Shown here: in pieces, positions 30,991 to 39,281 of the stretch
Layout of the letters: the number at the start of each line of letters is the position of its first letter
Position numbering within the stretch: position 1 is the first letter of the stretch
Origin: Actinomycetota bacterium
Lineage (GTDB): Bacteria; Actinomycetota; Thermoleophilia; Gaiellales; Gaiellaceae
DNA: 40,400 bases
Assembly (NCBI GenBank): GCA_019237315.1
Contig: JAFAHG010000192.1
Span: 1 to 40,400, forward strand
Reading direction: 5' to 3'
Notes under the pieces: model-generated
Databases searched by the model: none
What the model was told of the DNA's origin: nothing
What the model saw: only the letters and a program-made list of their open reading frames with translations
Program-made: the position numbers and the translations under genes

Positions 30991-31732
30991 CAAGTGGTCC
31001 TCGATCAAGCACAAGAAGGGCGCGGCCGACGCGAAGCGCGGCAAGCTGTTCTCGAAGCTCTCCCGCGCGATCATCGTCGCGGCGAAGGAGGGCGGCGGCG
31101 ATCCGGCCGGCAACCTTGCGCTGCAGAACGCGATCGAGAAAGCGCGCTCGTACTCGATGCCGAAGGACAACATCGACCGCGCGATCGCGAAGGGCACCGG
31201 CGAGGGCGCCGACGCGGCCGCCTTCGAGACGGTGGTCTACGAGGGGTACGGCCCGGAAGGCGTCGCCGTGATCGTCGAGGCGCTCACCGACAACAGAAAC
31301 CGCACCGCCTCCGACGTGCGCCACGCCTTCGCCAAGCACGGCGGCTCGCTCGGCGCCACCGGGGCCGTCGCGTGGCAGTTCGATCGTCGCGGCGTCGTGG
31401 TCGTCGGTGCGAACGGCGTCGACGAGGACGAGCTCTTCCTCGCCGCGGCAGACGGCGGTGCCGACGACATCGAGCGCGACGGCGACGTCTTCGAGGTGAC
31501 GAGCGCGCCGGAGAACCTCGCCGCGGTGCGCAATGCGATCGAGGGCGCCGGCTTCACGGTCGACTCCGCCGAGCTGTCGCTGATCCCGAAGAACACGGTC
31601 TCCGTCGAGGACGAGAGCGCCGCGAAGCGCGTCATGCGCCTGATCGAGGACCTCGAGGACAACGACGACGTCCAGGACGTCTACGCGAACTTCGACATCC
31701 CCGAGCAGGTGCTCGAGGCCGTCGCGGGCTAG
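30977..31732 (+). CDS. yebC: YebC/PmpR-family transcriptional regulator
   Basis: TTG start giving [43 protein letters not shown]... Canonical YebC N-terminus. Confidence 0.9.
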   Translation: MSGHSKWSSIKHKKGAADAKRGKLFSKLSRAIIVAAKEGGGDPAGNLALQNAIEKARSYSMPKDNIDRAIAKGTGEGADAAAFETVVYEGYGPEGVAVIVEALTDNRNRTASDVRHAFAKHGGSLGATGAVAWQFDRRGVVVVGANGVDEDELFLAAADGGADDIERDGDVFEVTSAPENLAAVRNAIEGAGFTVDSAELSLIPKNTVSVEDESAAKRVMRLIEDLEDNDDVQDVYANFDIPEQVLEAVAG

Positions 31733-31785
31733 TAGCGGCCCGTCTGCCCGTTTCGGGGGCCGGAAGGAACGTCCGACCCCGTCCC

Positions 31786-31791
31786 TAACCT
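31786..31791 (+). promoter_or_regulatory. -10-like hexamer TAACCT, 6 nt upstream of GTG 31798
   Basis: TANNNT-N6-GTG. Confidence 0.4.
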
Positions 31792-31797
31792 CTCCAC

Positions 31798-32286
31798 GTG
31801 AAAGTTCTCGGCATCGATCCAGGGACGGCTGCTTGCGGGTTCGGGATCGTCCACGAAAGCGACGGGCGCCTCAGGGGCATCTGCCACGGGTGGTGGCGCA
31901 CGTCGGCCAAGGAGCGCGTGGAGCTCCGGCTGCGCACGATCTTCGACGCGGTGCACGAGCTGATCGCCCTGCACGCCCCGGATGCCGTCGCCCTGGAGGA
32001 GTCGTACGTCGGCGCCGACGCCCGCATCGCACTCTCCGTCGGACAGGCACGCGGAGCCGTGCTCGTCGCCGCGTCGTCCGCGGGGCTCGAATGCGTTGAG
32101 TACGCGCCGGCGCGCGTCAAGCAGGCGGTGTGCGGCTACGGCCGCGCCGACAAGGCGCAGGTACAGCGGATGGTGAAGGCGATCCTCTCGCTCGAGGCGA
32201 TTCCCGAGCCGAGCCACGCCGCCGACGCGCTCGCGGTCGCGATCTGCCACGCGCTCGCGCCGCCGCTGCTGAAGGTGGCGTCGTGA
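31798..32286 (+). CDS. ruvC: Holliday junction resolvase RuvC
   Basis: [15 protein letters not shown] ... LEESYVG ... QVQRMV ... [13 protein letters not shown]. Confidence 0.9.
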   Translation: MKVLGIDPGTAACGFGIVHESDGRLRGICHGWWRTSAKERVELRLRTIFDAVHELIALHAPDAVALEESYVGADARIALSVGQARGAVLVAASSAGLECVEYAPARVKQAVCGYGRADKAQVQRMVKAILSLEAIPEPSHAADALAVAICHALAPPLLKVAS

Positions 32287-32825
32287 TCTCGCGTCTCCGG
32301 GGAACGGTTGCCGCGCGCACGGCCACCGGTGTCGTCGTCGACGTCGGCGGCGTCGGCTACCTCGTCGCTGCGACGCCGCGTGTCGCGGCGCGTGTTGGCG
32401 AGGAGACGACGGTCGAGACGTACCTGCACGTCCGCGACGACGCGCTGCAGCTGTACGGCTTCGCGTCCGCCGACGAGCGCGAGCTCTTCGAGTTGCTGCT
32501 CGGCGTGTCCGGCGTGGGGCCGAAGGTCGCACTCGCGATCGTCTCCGGCTCGACGCCGGCCGACCTGCGCCGCGCGATCGCGCGCGAGGACACCGCGCGC
32601 TTCGAGGCGATCCCCGGCATCGGCCGCAAGACCGCGCAGCGCGTCGTGCTCGAGCTGAAGGAGAAGATCGGCGCCGTCACCGCCGCGCCGACCGCGACGC
32701 TCGCGCGCGACGCGCTCGTCGAGCTCGGCTACACGGTCGTCGACGCGGAGCGTGCGCTCGCGGGCGTCGACGAGTCGCTGCCGGTCGAGGAGCAGGTGCG
32801 TCACGCGCTGAAGGCGGCCGCGTGA
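32283..32825 (+). CDS. ruvA: Holliday junction branch migration protein RuvA
   Basis: GTGA overlap with ruvC. ISRLRGTV ... LYGF ... [22 protein letters not shown] ... [17 protein letters not shown]. Confidence 0.9.
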   Translation: MISRLRGTVAARTATGVVVDVGGVGYLVAATPRVAARVGEETTVETYLHVRDDALQLYGFASADERELFELLLGVSGVGPKVALAIVSGSTPADLRRAIAREDTARFEAIPGIGRKTAQRVVLELKEKIGAVTAAPTATLARDALVELGYTVVDAERALAGVDESLPVEEQVRHALKAAA

Positions 32826-33832
32826 GCGAGCGCGTCCTCACGACGACCCTGCACGACGCCGAGGAAGAGCTCGAACGCTCGCTCCGTCCGCAGTCGCTCA
32901 CCGACTTCGTCGGCCAGGAGCGCGTGAAGGAACAGCTCGCGATCGCACTCGACGCCGCGAAGGCGCGGGGCGAGGCGCTCGACCACGTCCTGCTCGCGGG
33001 ACCGCCCGGGCTCGGCAAGACCTCGCTCGCGCAGATCGTGCGGCGCGAGCTCGGCGTGGGCATCCGCCAGGTCGCAGGTCCCGCCCTCGAGCGCAAGGGC
33101 GACATGGCCGCGATCCTCACCGCGCTCGAGCCGCACGACGTGCTGTTCGTCGACGAGATCCACCGGCTGAACCGCGCGATCGAGGAGATCCTCTACCCGG
33201 CGCTCGAGGACTTCCGGCTCGACATCGTCGTCGGACAGGGCGCAGCTGCGCGCACGCTCACGCTCGACCTGCCGCCGTTCACGCTGATCGGCGCGACGAC
33301 GCGCACGGGTCTCCTCACGACGCCGCTGCGCGACCGATTCGGTCTCACGTTCCGCCTCGATCTCTACAACGCGGAGGAGCTCGGCGCGATCGTACGCCGC
33401 AGCGCGCGCATCCTCGGCGTCGAGGTCGAAGGCGACGCCGCCGACGAGATCGCACGGCGCGCACGCGGGACACCGCGGATCGCGAACCGCATCCTCCGCC
33501 GTGTGCGCGACGTCGCCGAGGTCCGTCACGCCGGCGTGATCACGACCGACGTCGCGGACGAGGCGCTCGAGCTCCTCGAGGTCGACGAGGCCGGACTCGA
33601 GCGGTTCGACCGCGAGCTCCTGCTCGCGATCGTCGAGCGCTTCGGCGGGGGCCCCGTGGGGCTGTCGAACCTCGCCGTGGCCCTCGGCGAGGAGGCGGAG
33701 ACGATCGAGGACGTCTACGAGCCCTACCTCCTCCAGCTCGGTTTTCTCCAGCGGACGCCACGTGGGCGCATCGTCACGGAGCTCGGGCGGGCCCACGTCG
33801 GCGCCCTGCGCGAGAATTCCGCACTTTTCTAG
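32822..33832 (+). CDS. ruvB: Holliday junction branch migration DNA helicase RuvB
   Basis: GTGA overlap with ruv[20 protein letters not shown], Walker [12 protein letters not shown], Walker [26 protein letters not shown]. Confidence 0.95.
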   Translation: MSERVLTTTLHDAEEELERSLRPQSLTDFVGQERVKEQLAIALDAAKARGEALDHVLLAGPPGLGKTSLAQIVRRELGVGIRQVAGPALERKGDMAAILTALEPHDVLFVDEIHRLNRAIEEILYPALEDFRLDIVVGQGAAARTLTLDLPPFTLIGATTRTGLLTTPLRDRFGLTFRLDLYNAEELGAIVRRSARILGVEVEGDAADEIARRARGTPRIANRILRRVRDVAEVRHAGVITTDVADEALELLEVDEAGLERFDRELLLAIVERFGGGPVGLSNLAVALGEEAETIEDVYEPYLLQLGFLQRTPRGRIVTELGRAHVGALRENSALF

Positions 33833-33834
33833 CC

Positions 33835-33840
33835 CATACT
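33835..33840 (+). promoter_or_regulatory. -10-like hexamer CATACT, 6 nt upstream of ATG 33847
   Basis: xANNNT-N6-ATG. This is the weakest member of the set because the first base is C. Confidence 0.25.
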
Positions 33841-33846
33841 TAGACG

Positions 33847-34764
33847 ATGGCCACGACCGCCACGACCGCGGCAGCCGAATCGGTCGGCGCGGCAGACGTC
33901 TTTGTCCTCAGGCGCGTGTCGGGCCAGCGCTTCGTGCACTTCGGCGGGCTCGGCCGCGGCGAGGGGTGGGCCGGGATCGTCGAGGTCTCGATCGGCGACG
34001 AGGTGCCGCTCTCCGAGGCGCTCCGCACCGGCCGGCCGGTCAAGCTCGACCACGGCGGCCGCGAGCTCGTATTCGGTCCGTATTACGCGCGCGCAGCTGC
34101 GGTCGTTCCCGTGCTGCCCGACATCGTCGTCGTCTTCGGTGCCTCCGAGCACGCGATCACGGCCGACGAGGAGACGCTCCAGGCGGCTGCCAACACCGTC
34201 GCCGGCGAGATCGAGCCCGCGGGGCCTGCGAAGCAGCTCGCCGACGAGCTCGAGGTTCTCGAAGCGGTGCGCGCCGCGCTCTCTGTTCCGCAGTCGACCG
34301 TGGAGGATGCGATGGTCGCACTGGCGGCAGTCGCCGCGGAGGCGCTCTCGTGCGAGCTCGGCATCGTGTACCTCGCGGACGGCGACCGCGTCGGCGTCGC
34401 GGAGCGAGGCTGGCGGCGGCCCGCGCCCGACGGCGAGCTCGCCGCGGCGTTGCGGACGACGTTCGACGCGCAGGAGTTTCCGCAGTGCGTGCAGGACGCT
34501 CGCAGCGCGCCGCCGCCCGGCGCGCTGGCCGGCGACCCCGGAATCCGCTCGTACTACCTGCTCGCGCTGACCGGCGCGGCGAACGGGGTGCTCTTCGTCG
34601 CGCACACCGATGCGGCGCCGCGCGGGTTCACGCTGCTCTGCCGGCGCCTCGGGTTGCGCGTCGCCGAGATCGCGTCCGCGATCCTCGGCGTGGCGGTCAC
34701 GCGGGAATGGACGGCGGCAGAGTCGGCTCGGCTGCAGTCCGCCTTCTCGGCGCTCGAAGGCTGA
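33847..34764 (+). CDS. hypothetical protein, possibly two GAF-like halves
   Basis: 305 aa, soluble composition, high GC3, no motif recognised with certainty. The GAF-like call is a guess from the pattern of alternating strands and helices. Confidence 0.5.
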   Translation: MATTATTAAAESVGAADVFVLRRVSGQRFVHFGGLGRGEGWAGIVEVSIGDEVPLSEALRTGRPVKLDHGGRELVFGPYYARAAAVVPVLPDIVVVFGASEHAITADEETLQAAANTVAGEIEPAGPAKQLADELEVLEAVRAALSVPQSTVEDAMVALAAVAAEALSCELGIVYLADGDRVGVAERGWRRPAPDGELAAALRTTFDAQEFPQCVQDARSAPPPGALAGDPGIRSYYLLALTGAANGVLFVAHTDAAPRGFTLLCRRLGLRVAEIASAILGVAVTREWTAAESARLQSAFSALEG

Positions 34765-35416
34765 GCACCGCAGGCGCGGTGAGCATCGCCATCACGTCGA
34801 ACCAGACGTAGCCCGACGCGACGCCCGACGGCGGGTTGCCGTCCGGTATGCCGAGGCCGGGCAGCTTCGCGGCCCAGTGCCAGGTGCCGATCGCGGTTCC
34901 GTAGAGCTCGAGTGCGGTCACGACGAGGAACACGCTCGCGTAGATCGTCCGGTTGCGCGAGCGCCACAGGAAGAGGAGCAGCAGTGGCACACCGACCGCT
35001 CCCGCGACGTCGCGCCGCGGGAGCACCGTCAGACCGAGCAGGCCCCAGGTCGCAGCGATCCCCGCGGCGGCAGCGACGATCGCCCGCGCGTGTCGTCGCC
35101 ACGCCGACGCGAGGGCGAGCCCGGTCAGGTAGACGATCCCGTGTGCGGGCGGCACGAAGGTCGGCAGGTTGTGCAGCCGGTAGTGGTAGACGCCCCAGAG
35201 GATCGAGCCGGTGAACTCGCCGACCGTCGCGAAGCAGACGACGCCGGCCGTCTGCACGCGTACCGCGAACGAGTGCGGGCGGAGCGCTGCGAGCAGCACG
35301 ATCCACGTCAGCGCGCCGAGCGCGAGCTGCTCGTGGAAGCTCGCGTAGTGGTCCGCGCCGAGCAGCGCGGCGAGGTAGGTGACGCCGGCTAGGGCTTGTA
35401 CTGGAGCTCGTGCCAC
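34697..35416 (-). CDS. hypothetical polytopic membrane protein (start uncertain)
   Basis: Hydrophobic helices include LTWIVLLAAL, VVCFATVGEFTGSILWGVY, IVYLTGLALASAW, AAAAGIAATWGLLGLTVL, VGVPLLLLFLW and IYASVFLVVTALELYG. GTG 35416 keeps the first helix; the alternative is GTG 35299. The upstream ORF part to 35539 is Arg-rich junk antisense-like sequence. Confidence 0.55.
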   Translation of the reverse strand: MARAPVQALAGVTYLAALLGADHYASFHEQLALGALTWIVLLAALRPHSFAVRVQTAGVVCFATVGEFTGSILWGVYHYRLHNLPTFVPPAHGIVYLTGLALASAWRRHARAIVAAAAGIAATWGLLGLTVLPRRDVAGAVGVPLLLLFLWRSRNRTIYASVFLVVTALELYGTAIGTWHWAAKLPGLGIPDGNPPSGVASGYVWFDVMAMLTAPAVLSLRAPRRRTAAEPTLPPSIPA

Positions 35417-35856
35417 GACGGAACCGGTGCGAGCTCGAGCAGCGGTCGGCCGCCGCCGGGATGCTGGTAGGCGAACTCCGCTTCGCTCTCGTCCCACACG
35501 ATCTCGAGCGCGCCGCGCTTCACCTGGTGGTCGAGCCACGCGCCGCGGAAGATCAGCTTGCGCAACCAGTACACGAGCGACTCGCCGTGCACGAGCGAGA
35601 GCCGCTCCCAGTTGCGGGTCAGATACCGGCCGAGACGCGACTGCGGCGCGTCGATCACGCCCTGGGCGGCGAGCGCGACGAGGTCGGAGGTCTCCTCCTC
35701 GTCGAGCTCGTTCACCTCGACGAGTCCGAGCTTCACCGCGGCGGCGACGACGCGCTGCTCGAAGTCGAACGCGTTGAAGCAGAAGCGGTAGCCGAGGAAC
35801 TCGACGACGTAGTCCTCGCCCGAGGTGTAGTTCGTCTCACCGGCGGTGTCCGGCAC
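35389..35856 (-). CDS. hypothetical soluble protein (155 aa)
   Basis: From GTG 35856: VPDTAGETNYTSGEDYVVEFLGYRFCFNAFDFEQRVVAAAVKLGLVEV...YWLRKLIFRGAWLDHQVKRGALEIVWDE... The start is supported by TATCCT-N6-GTG. The ORF part upstream to 36042 is antisense to a better small membrane ORF. Confidence 0.55.
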   Translation of the reverse strand: MPDTAGETNYTSGEDYVVEFLGYRFCFNAFDFEQRVVAAAVKLGLVEVNELDEEETSDLVALAAQGVIDAPQSRLGRYLTRNWERLSLVHGESLVYWLRKLIFRGAWLDHQVKRGALEIVWDESEAEFAYQHPGGGRPLLELAPVPSWHELQYKP

Positions 35857-35862
35857 CTCTGC

Positions 35863-35868
35863 AGGATA
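35863..35868 (-). promoter_or_regulatory. -10-like hexamer TATCCT (minus strand), 6 nt upstream of GTG 35856
   Basis: TANNNT-N6-GTG. Confidence 0.4.
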
Positions 35869-35895
35869 CCCGGGAGGGGTGGAGGTGCCACTCGT

Positions 35896-35901
35896 TACGG
35901 T
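35896..35901 (+). promoter_or_regulatory. -10-like hexamer TACGGT, 6 nt upstream of GTG 35908
   Basis: TANNNT-N6-GTG. Confidence 0.4.
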
Positions 35902-35907
35902 GTAGCC

Positions 35908-36129
35908 GTGGTCGCCTCCGTCCCGCTCTGGCAACGGTTGGTCGTGCTCGTGCCTGCGTTCGTCGTCGGCGGCGGAATCGTGCTGGCCGCGCTCATCCTG
36001 CTGCTGCGCGCCGCGGCGCATTCGCTGCGCGGGAGCCGCCACAAGCGGCTCGTCTACATCGGCTTCGTCGCGCTGCTCGCCGCGGTCGGACTGCTGACGT
36101 ACCTCGGCGTGAAGCTGCCTAGAGAATGA
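35908..36129 (+). CDS. small two-TM membrane protein (73 aa)
   Basis: VVASVPLWQRLVVLVPAFVVGGGIVLAALILLLRAAAHSLRGSRHKRLVYIGFVALLAAVGLLTYLGVKLPRE: two clean helices with a positively charged connecting loop. In frame with track ORF 35410..36129. Confidence 0.5.
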   Translation: MVASVPLWQRLVVLVPAFVVGGGIVLAALILLLRAAAHSLRGSRHKRLVYIGFVALLAAVGLLTYLGVKLPRE

Positions 36130-37069
36130 CGACCGTCGTACCGACGTGCACGTGCGGGTAGAGCCACTCCGCGTCCGCGACGTGCATGCGGATGCAGCCG
36201 TGTGACACCGAGTAGCCGATCGACGTCTCGGCGTCCGTCCCGTGGATGCCGACGCCGGGTGCGGTGAGTCCCATCCAGCGGGTGCCGAGCGGGTTCGAGG
36301 GTCCGGGAGGCACGGGCTTCAGCCCCTTCGCCCACGCGTCGTAGGTCGGCGGGTACCACCACGGGTCCATCTGCTTGTCCTTGATCTGCCAGATGCCCGC
36401 GGGTGTCGGATAGATCGCCTGGCCGGTCGCGACCGGGAACGTGCGCACGAGGCGCCGGCCTTCGAACAGGCGGAGACGGTTCGCGCCGCGCGTGACGACG
36501 ATCACCGGACCGAAGTTCGCGACAGTTTTGCTCGGCGGCACGGGGGCCGTCATCAGGTCGATGGGCGCGCGCGTGTCGCTCGTCAGCTCCTGGACGATCG
36601 CCGCGCGCATCGTGGCCTGCCGCACCGCGACGCCGTTCCGTGACGGGCGGAAGGTCGGCCCCTTCGCATCGGCGCCGAGCACCACGGCGTCGCGCGGTGG
36701 GCGATACGTGGCCTTCGCGAGCTTCCCGACGAACTCGGCGACGGCGGCGGCCGAGTAGCGGACAGGGAGCGCGATCCGGCTGCCGGGCGTCGCGCTGAGC
36801 GCCGAGCGGACGGCGGCATCGACGGCGGCGCGTGCACCGAGCTGCGCCGGCGCGACGCTGATCCGCTTCGCGCCGGCCACGATGACGATCGGCCGCGCAA
36901 AGCGGCGCGCGATCGTCGAGCCCGCGGGCTGCGCGGTCAGACCGCCGAGGCGCGTCCCGAGCACGCTGACGCCGGGCGCGATCGCCGTGAGCTGCTCGGC
37001 GGCCGGCGCGGATACGCAGACGAGCCCCGCGCATGCGAGGAAAGCGGCGATCGCCTTCAGCACGGCCAT
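36119..37069 (-). CDS. L,D-transpeptidase (YkuD domain) with signal peptide
   Basis: Internal ATG 37069 of ORF 36119..37282. Signal peptide is MAVLKAIAAFLACAGLVCVSAPAA. The catalytic block is GIHGTDAETSIGYSVSHGCIRM. Confidence 0.85.
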   Translation of the reverse strand: MAVLKAIAAFLACAGLVCVSAPAAEQLTAIAPGVSVLGTRLGGLTAQPAGSTIARRFARPIVIVAGAKRISVAPAQLGARAAVDAAVRSALSATPGSRIALPVRYSAAAVAEFVGKLAKATYRPPRDAVVLGADAKGPTFRPSRNGVAVRQATMRAAIVQELTSDTRAPIDLMTAPVPPSKTVANFGPVIVVTRGANRLRLFEGRRLVRTFPVATGQAIYPTPAGIWQIKDKQMDPWWYPPTYDAWAKGLKPVPPGPSNPLGTRWMGLTAPGVGIHGTDAETSIGYSVSHGCIRMHVADAEWLYPHVHVGTTVVIL

Positions 37070-37076
37070 GAGGGGG

Positions 37077-37082
37077 ACCTTA
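37077..37082 (-). promoter_or_regulatory. -10-like hexamer TAAGGT (minus strand), 7 nt upstream of ATG 37069
   Basis: TANNNT-N7-ATG. Confidence 0.35.
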
Positions 37083-37149
37083 CGCAGGTGAGCAGGGAAA
37101 ATCCACCGTCCGGGATCCGTCCGACGACGACCGTACCCTCGATCGTCCG

Positions 37150-39021
37150 ATGGAAAACGGAACGTGGACGATCGCGCCGTGCTCACCCGAGCACGTACGC
37201 GTGCTCGTCGACGAGCTTGGGGTCGGCGCGACGACCGCCGCCGTCGTCGTCCGCCGCGGCTACGTCGAGCCCGCCGCCGCACGGGGGTTCCTCGCGGGTG
37301 CGTTCCCGGGGCACGACCCCCTGCTCCTCGGCGACATGGCGGCCGCGGTCGACGTCCTCCGGGCGGCCGTGCGGGAGGGGAAGCGGATCTGCGTCCACGG
37401 CGACTACGACGCCGACGGCATCTGCGCGACCGCGCTCGCCGTGCTGCTGCTGCGCGAGCTCGGCGCCGAGCCGTCCTGGCATCTTCCGTCGCGCTTCGAG
37501 GAGGGGTACGGGCTGAACGGCCAGACGCTCACGAGGCTCGCCGGCGAGGTCGATGTCGTGCTCACCGTGGACTGCGGCATCACGGCGGTCGACGAGGTCG
37601 CGCTCGCGCGGTCGCTCGGGCTCGAGGTCGTCGTCACCGATCACCACCGCCCGGGCGAGGTCTTTCCCGACTGTCCGGTCGTCGCGCCGCTGAAGGGCGG
37701 CTACCCGTTCACGGGCCTGTGCGGGACCGGCGTCGTGTGGAAGCTCGCGGAGGCGCTCCTCGGCCGCGAGCACCCGTTCCTCGACGAGCACCTCGACGTC
37801 GTCGCGCTCGCGACGGTCGCCGACGTCGTGCCGCTTCTCGACGAGAACCGCGCGCTCGCGCTGCGCGGCCTCCGCCGCCTCGCGCAGACGCAGAAGCCCG
37901 GGCTGCGCGCGCTCATGCGCTGCGCTCGCGTCGACCCGGCCGCGTGCGACGAGGGCGCGATCGGGTTCCGGCTCGCGCCGCGCATCAACGCGTCCGGTCG
38001 GCTGTGCCGTCCCGAAGCCGCGCTGTCGCTCCTCCTGACGGAGGACGACGCCGAGGCGACGCGGCTCGCCGAGCAGCTCGAGGACCTGAACCGCGAGCGG
38101 CAGGCAGTCGAGGAGCGGATCCTGCGCGCGGCGATCGACGAGATCGAGTCGTGGCCGGGAGAGCGTCGCCGATCGCGCGGCTACGTCGTCGCGGGGGAGG
38201 ACTGGCACGAAGGCGTGATCGGCATCGTCGCGTCGCGACTCGTCGAGCGGTTCGGGCGGCCCGTCGTCCTGATCGCGGGAACGGACGGTTCGTGGAAAGG
38301 GTCCGGGCGTGCACCAGGTGCCTTCGACCTCCACGGCGCGCTCGCCGCGTGCGCCGGGCATCTCGAGCGTTTCGGCGGGCACCGCGCGGCCGCCGGTCTC
38401 ACCATCGCGCGCGAGCAGGTCGACGCGTTCGCCGCTGCGTTCGCCGCGCACGCGAACGAGGTGCTGAGCGACGAGGATCTCCGTCCGCGCACGGTCGTCG
38501 ACGCGGTCGTCGCCGGCCGTGAGCTCGGCCTCCCGCTCTGCGAGGAGCTCGGGCGGCTCGCGCCGTTCGGTCTCGGCAACCCGGGTGTCACGCTGCTCAT
38601 CGATGGGTGCGAGCTGTCCGACCTCGCGACCGTCGGCGAGGGGAAGCACCTGCGCTTCCGCGTGCGCCAGCGCGGGCGCGACGCGGGCTCTGCGATCGCA
38701 TTCGGGAGCGGCGCCCAGCTCGACCGGTTGCGACGCATCGGGCACTACGACGTCGCCTTCCGGTTGCAGGAGAACCGGTGGAACGGAACCGTCGCGCCGC
38801 AGCTCGTCGTGCGAAGGATCTTCGACGCGCCGGAACGCTACGACGAGCTGCGCGCGTGGCTCGCGGACGAATGGCGCCGCGGCGAGGGCGCGTGGAGCGA
38901 CGAGGCGCGGGCGATCTTCGGCGAGCTCGGCCTCGACGGCGGGCTGCGCCGCAGCCTGCTCGAGTCGTCGCGGTTCCGGGAGCTCCTGGCGGAGCCGCAG
39001 CCGCTACGTCGCGCCGCGTAA
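37150..39021 (+). CDS. recJ: single-stranded-DNA-specific exonuclease RecJ
   Basis: DHH motifs are ICVHGDYDADGI, LTVDCG and VVVTDHH. DHHA1 region: GHRAAAGLTI. C-terminal OB-like region is present. Confidence 0.9.
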   Translation: MENGTWTIAPCSPEHVRVLVDELGVGATTAAVVVRRGYVEPAAARGFLAGAFPGHDPLLLGDMAAAVDVLRAAVREGKRICVHGDYDADGICATALAVLLLRELGAEPSWHLPSRFEEGYGLNGQTLTRLAGEVDVVLTVDCGITAVDEVALARSLGLEVVVTDHHRPGEVFPDCPVVAPLKGGYPFTGLCGTGVVWKLAEALLGREHPFLDEHLDVVALATVADVVPLLDENRALALRGLRRLAQTQKPGLRALMRCARVDPAACDEGAIGFRLAPRINASGRLCRPEAALSLLLTEDDAEATRLAEQLEDLNRERQAVEERILRAAIDEIESWPGERRRSRGYVVAGEDWHEGVIGIVASRLVERFGRPVVLIAGTDGSWKGSGRAPGAFDLHGALAACAGHLERFGGHRAAAGLTIAREQVDAFAAAFAAHANEVLSDEDLRPRTVVDAVVAGRELGLPLCEELGRLAPFGLGNPGVTLLIDGCELSDLATVGEGKHLRFRVRQRGRDAGSAIAFGSGAQLDRLRRIGHYDVAFRLQENRWNGTVAPQLVVRRIFDAPERYDELRAWLADEWRRGEGAWSDEARAIFGELGLDGGLRRSLLESSRFRELLAEPQPLRRAA

Positions 39022-39040
39022 GGCGCCGCTTGTCGGCGCC
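39022..39040 (+). terminator. hairpin immediately after recJ stop
   Basis: GGCGCCG-cttgt-CGGCGCC: 7-bp stem with a 5-nt loop. No U-tract. Confidence 0.4.
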
Positions 39041-39269
39041 GCTCTCAGGACGCGCGGGCTTTGCCCGTGCGTCCGTCTGCGTTACCGACGGGGTGCGTCG
39101 AGTTACGCCGCCCGTAGCCCGTCGATCGCGCAGAGCATCCGGGCGATCCGGAGGAGCTTCTTCGTCTGGCGGCGGCGTCTGAACATGGGAACGAGACGTT
39201 CCCGAGGTGAACGCGGAATCCTGCTTCCGCGGTGCGGGCCCGCGGAGGTGAGTCCGGGAGGGAGGGGGG

Positions 39270-39275
39270 TAGAAT
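39270..39275 (+). promoter_or_regulatory. -10-like hexamer TAGAAT, 6 nt upstream of ATG 39282
   Basis: Near-consensus -10 in the AT-rich patch tagaatttgtcc, directly abutting the start codon. Confidence 0.45.
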
Positions 39276-39281
39276 TTGTCC

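Noticed and set aside
35857-36042. ATG 36042 as the start of the minus-strand gene (the 217-aa form in the ORF track).
   Set aside because: The extra 62 residues (MAAPAQRMRRGAQQQDERGQHDSAADDERRHEHD...) are low-complexity sequence and exactly antisense, in the GC3-preserving phase, to a well-formed two-TM ORF. A TATCCT-N6-GTG arrangement supports the shorter start at 35856. Confidence is only moderate.
39103-39186. 27-aa minus-strand ORF MFRRRRQTKKLLRIARMLCAIDGLRAA in the recJ-relA spacer.
   Set aside because: It has no ribosome-binding site or TANNNT-N6 arrangement and no resemblance to small ribosomal proteins or known toxins. It is too short to distinguish from chance.
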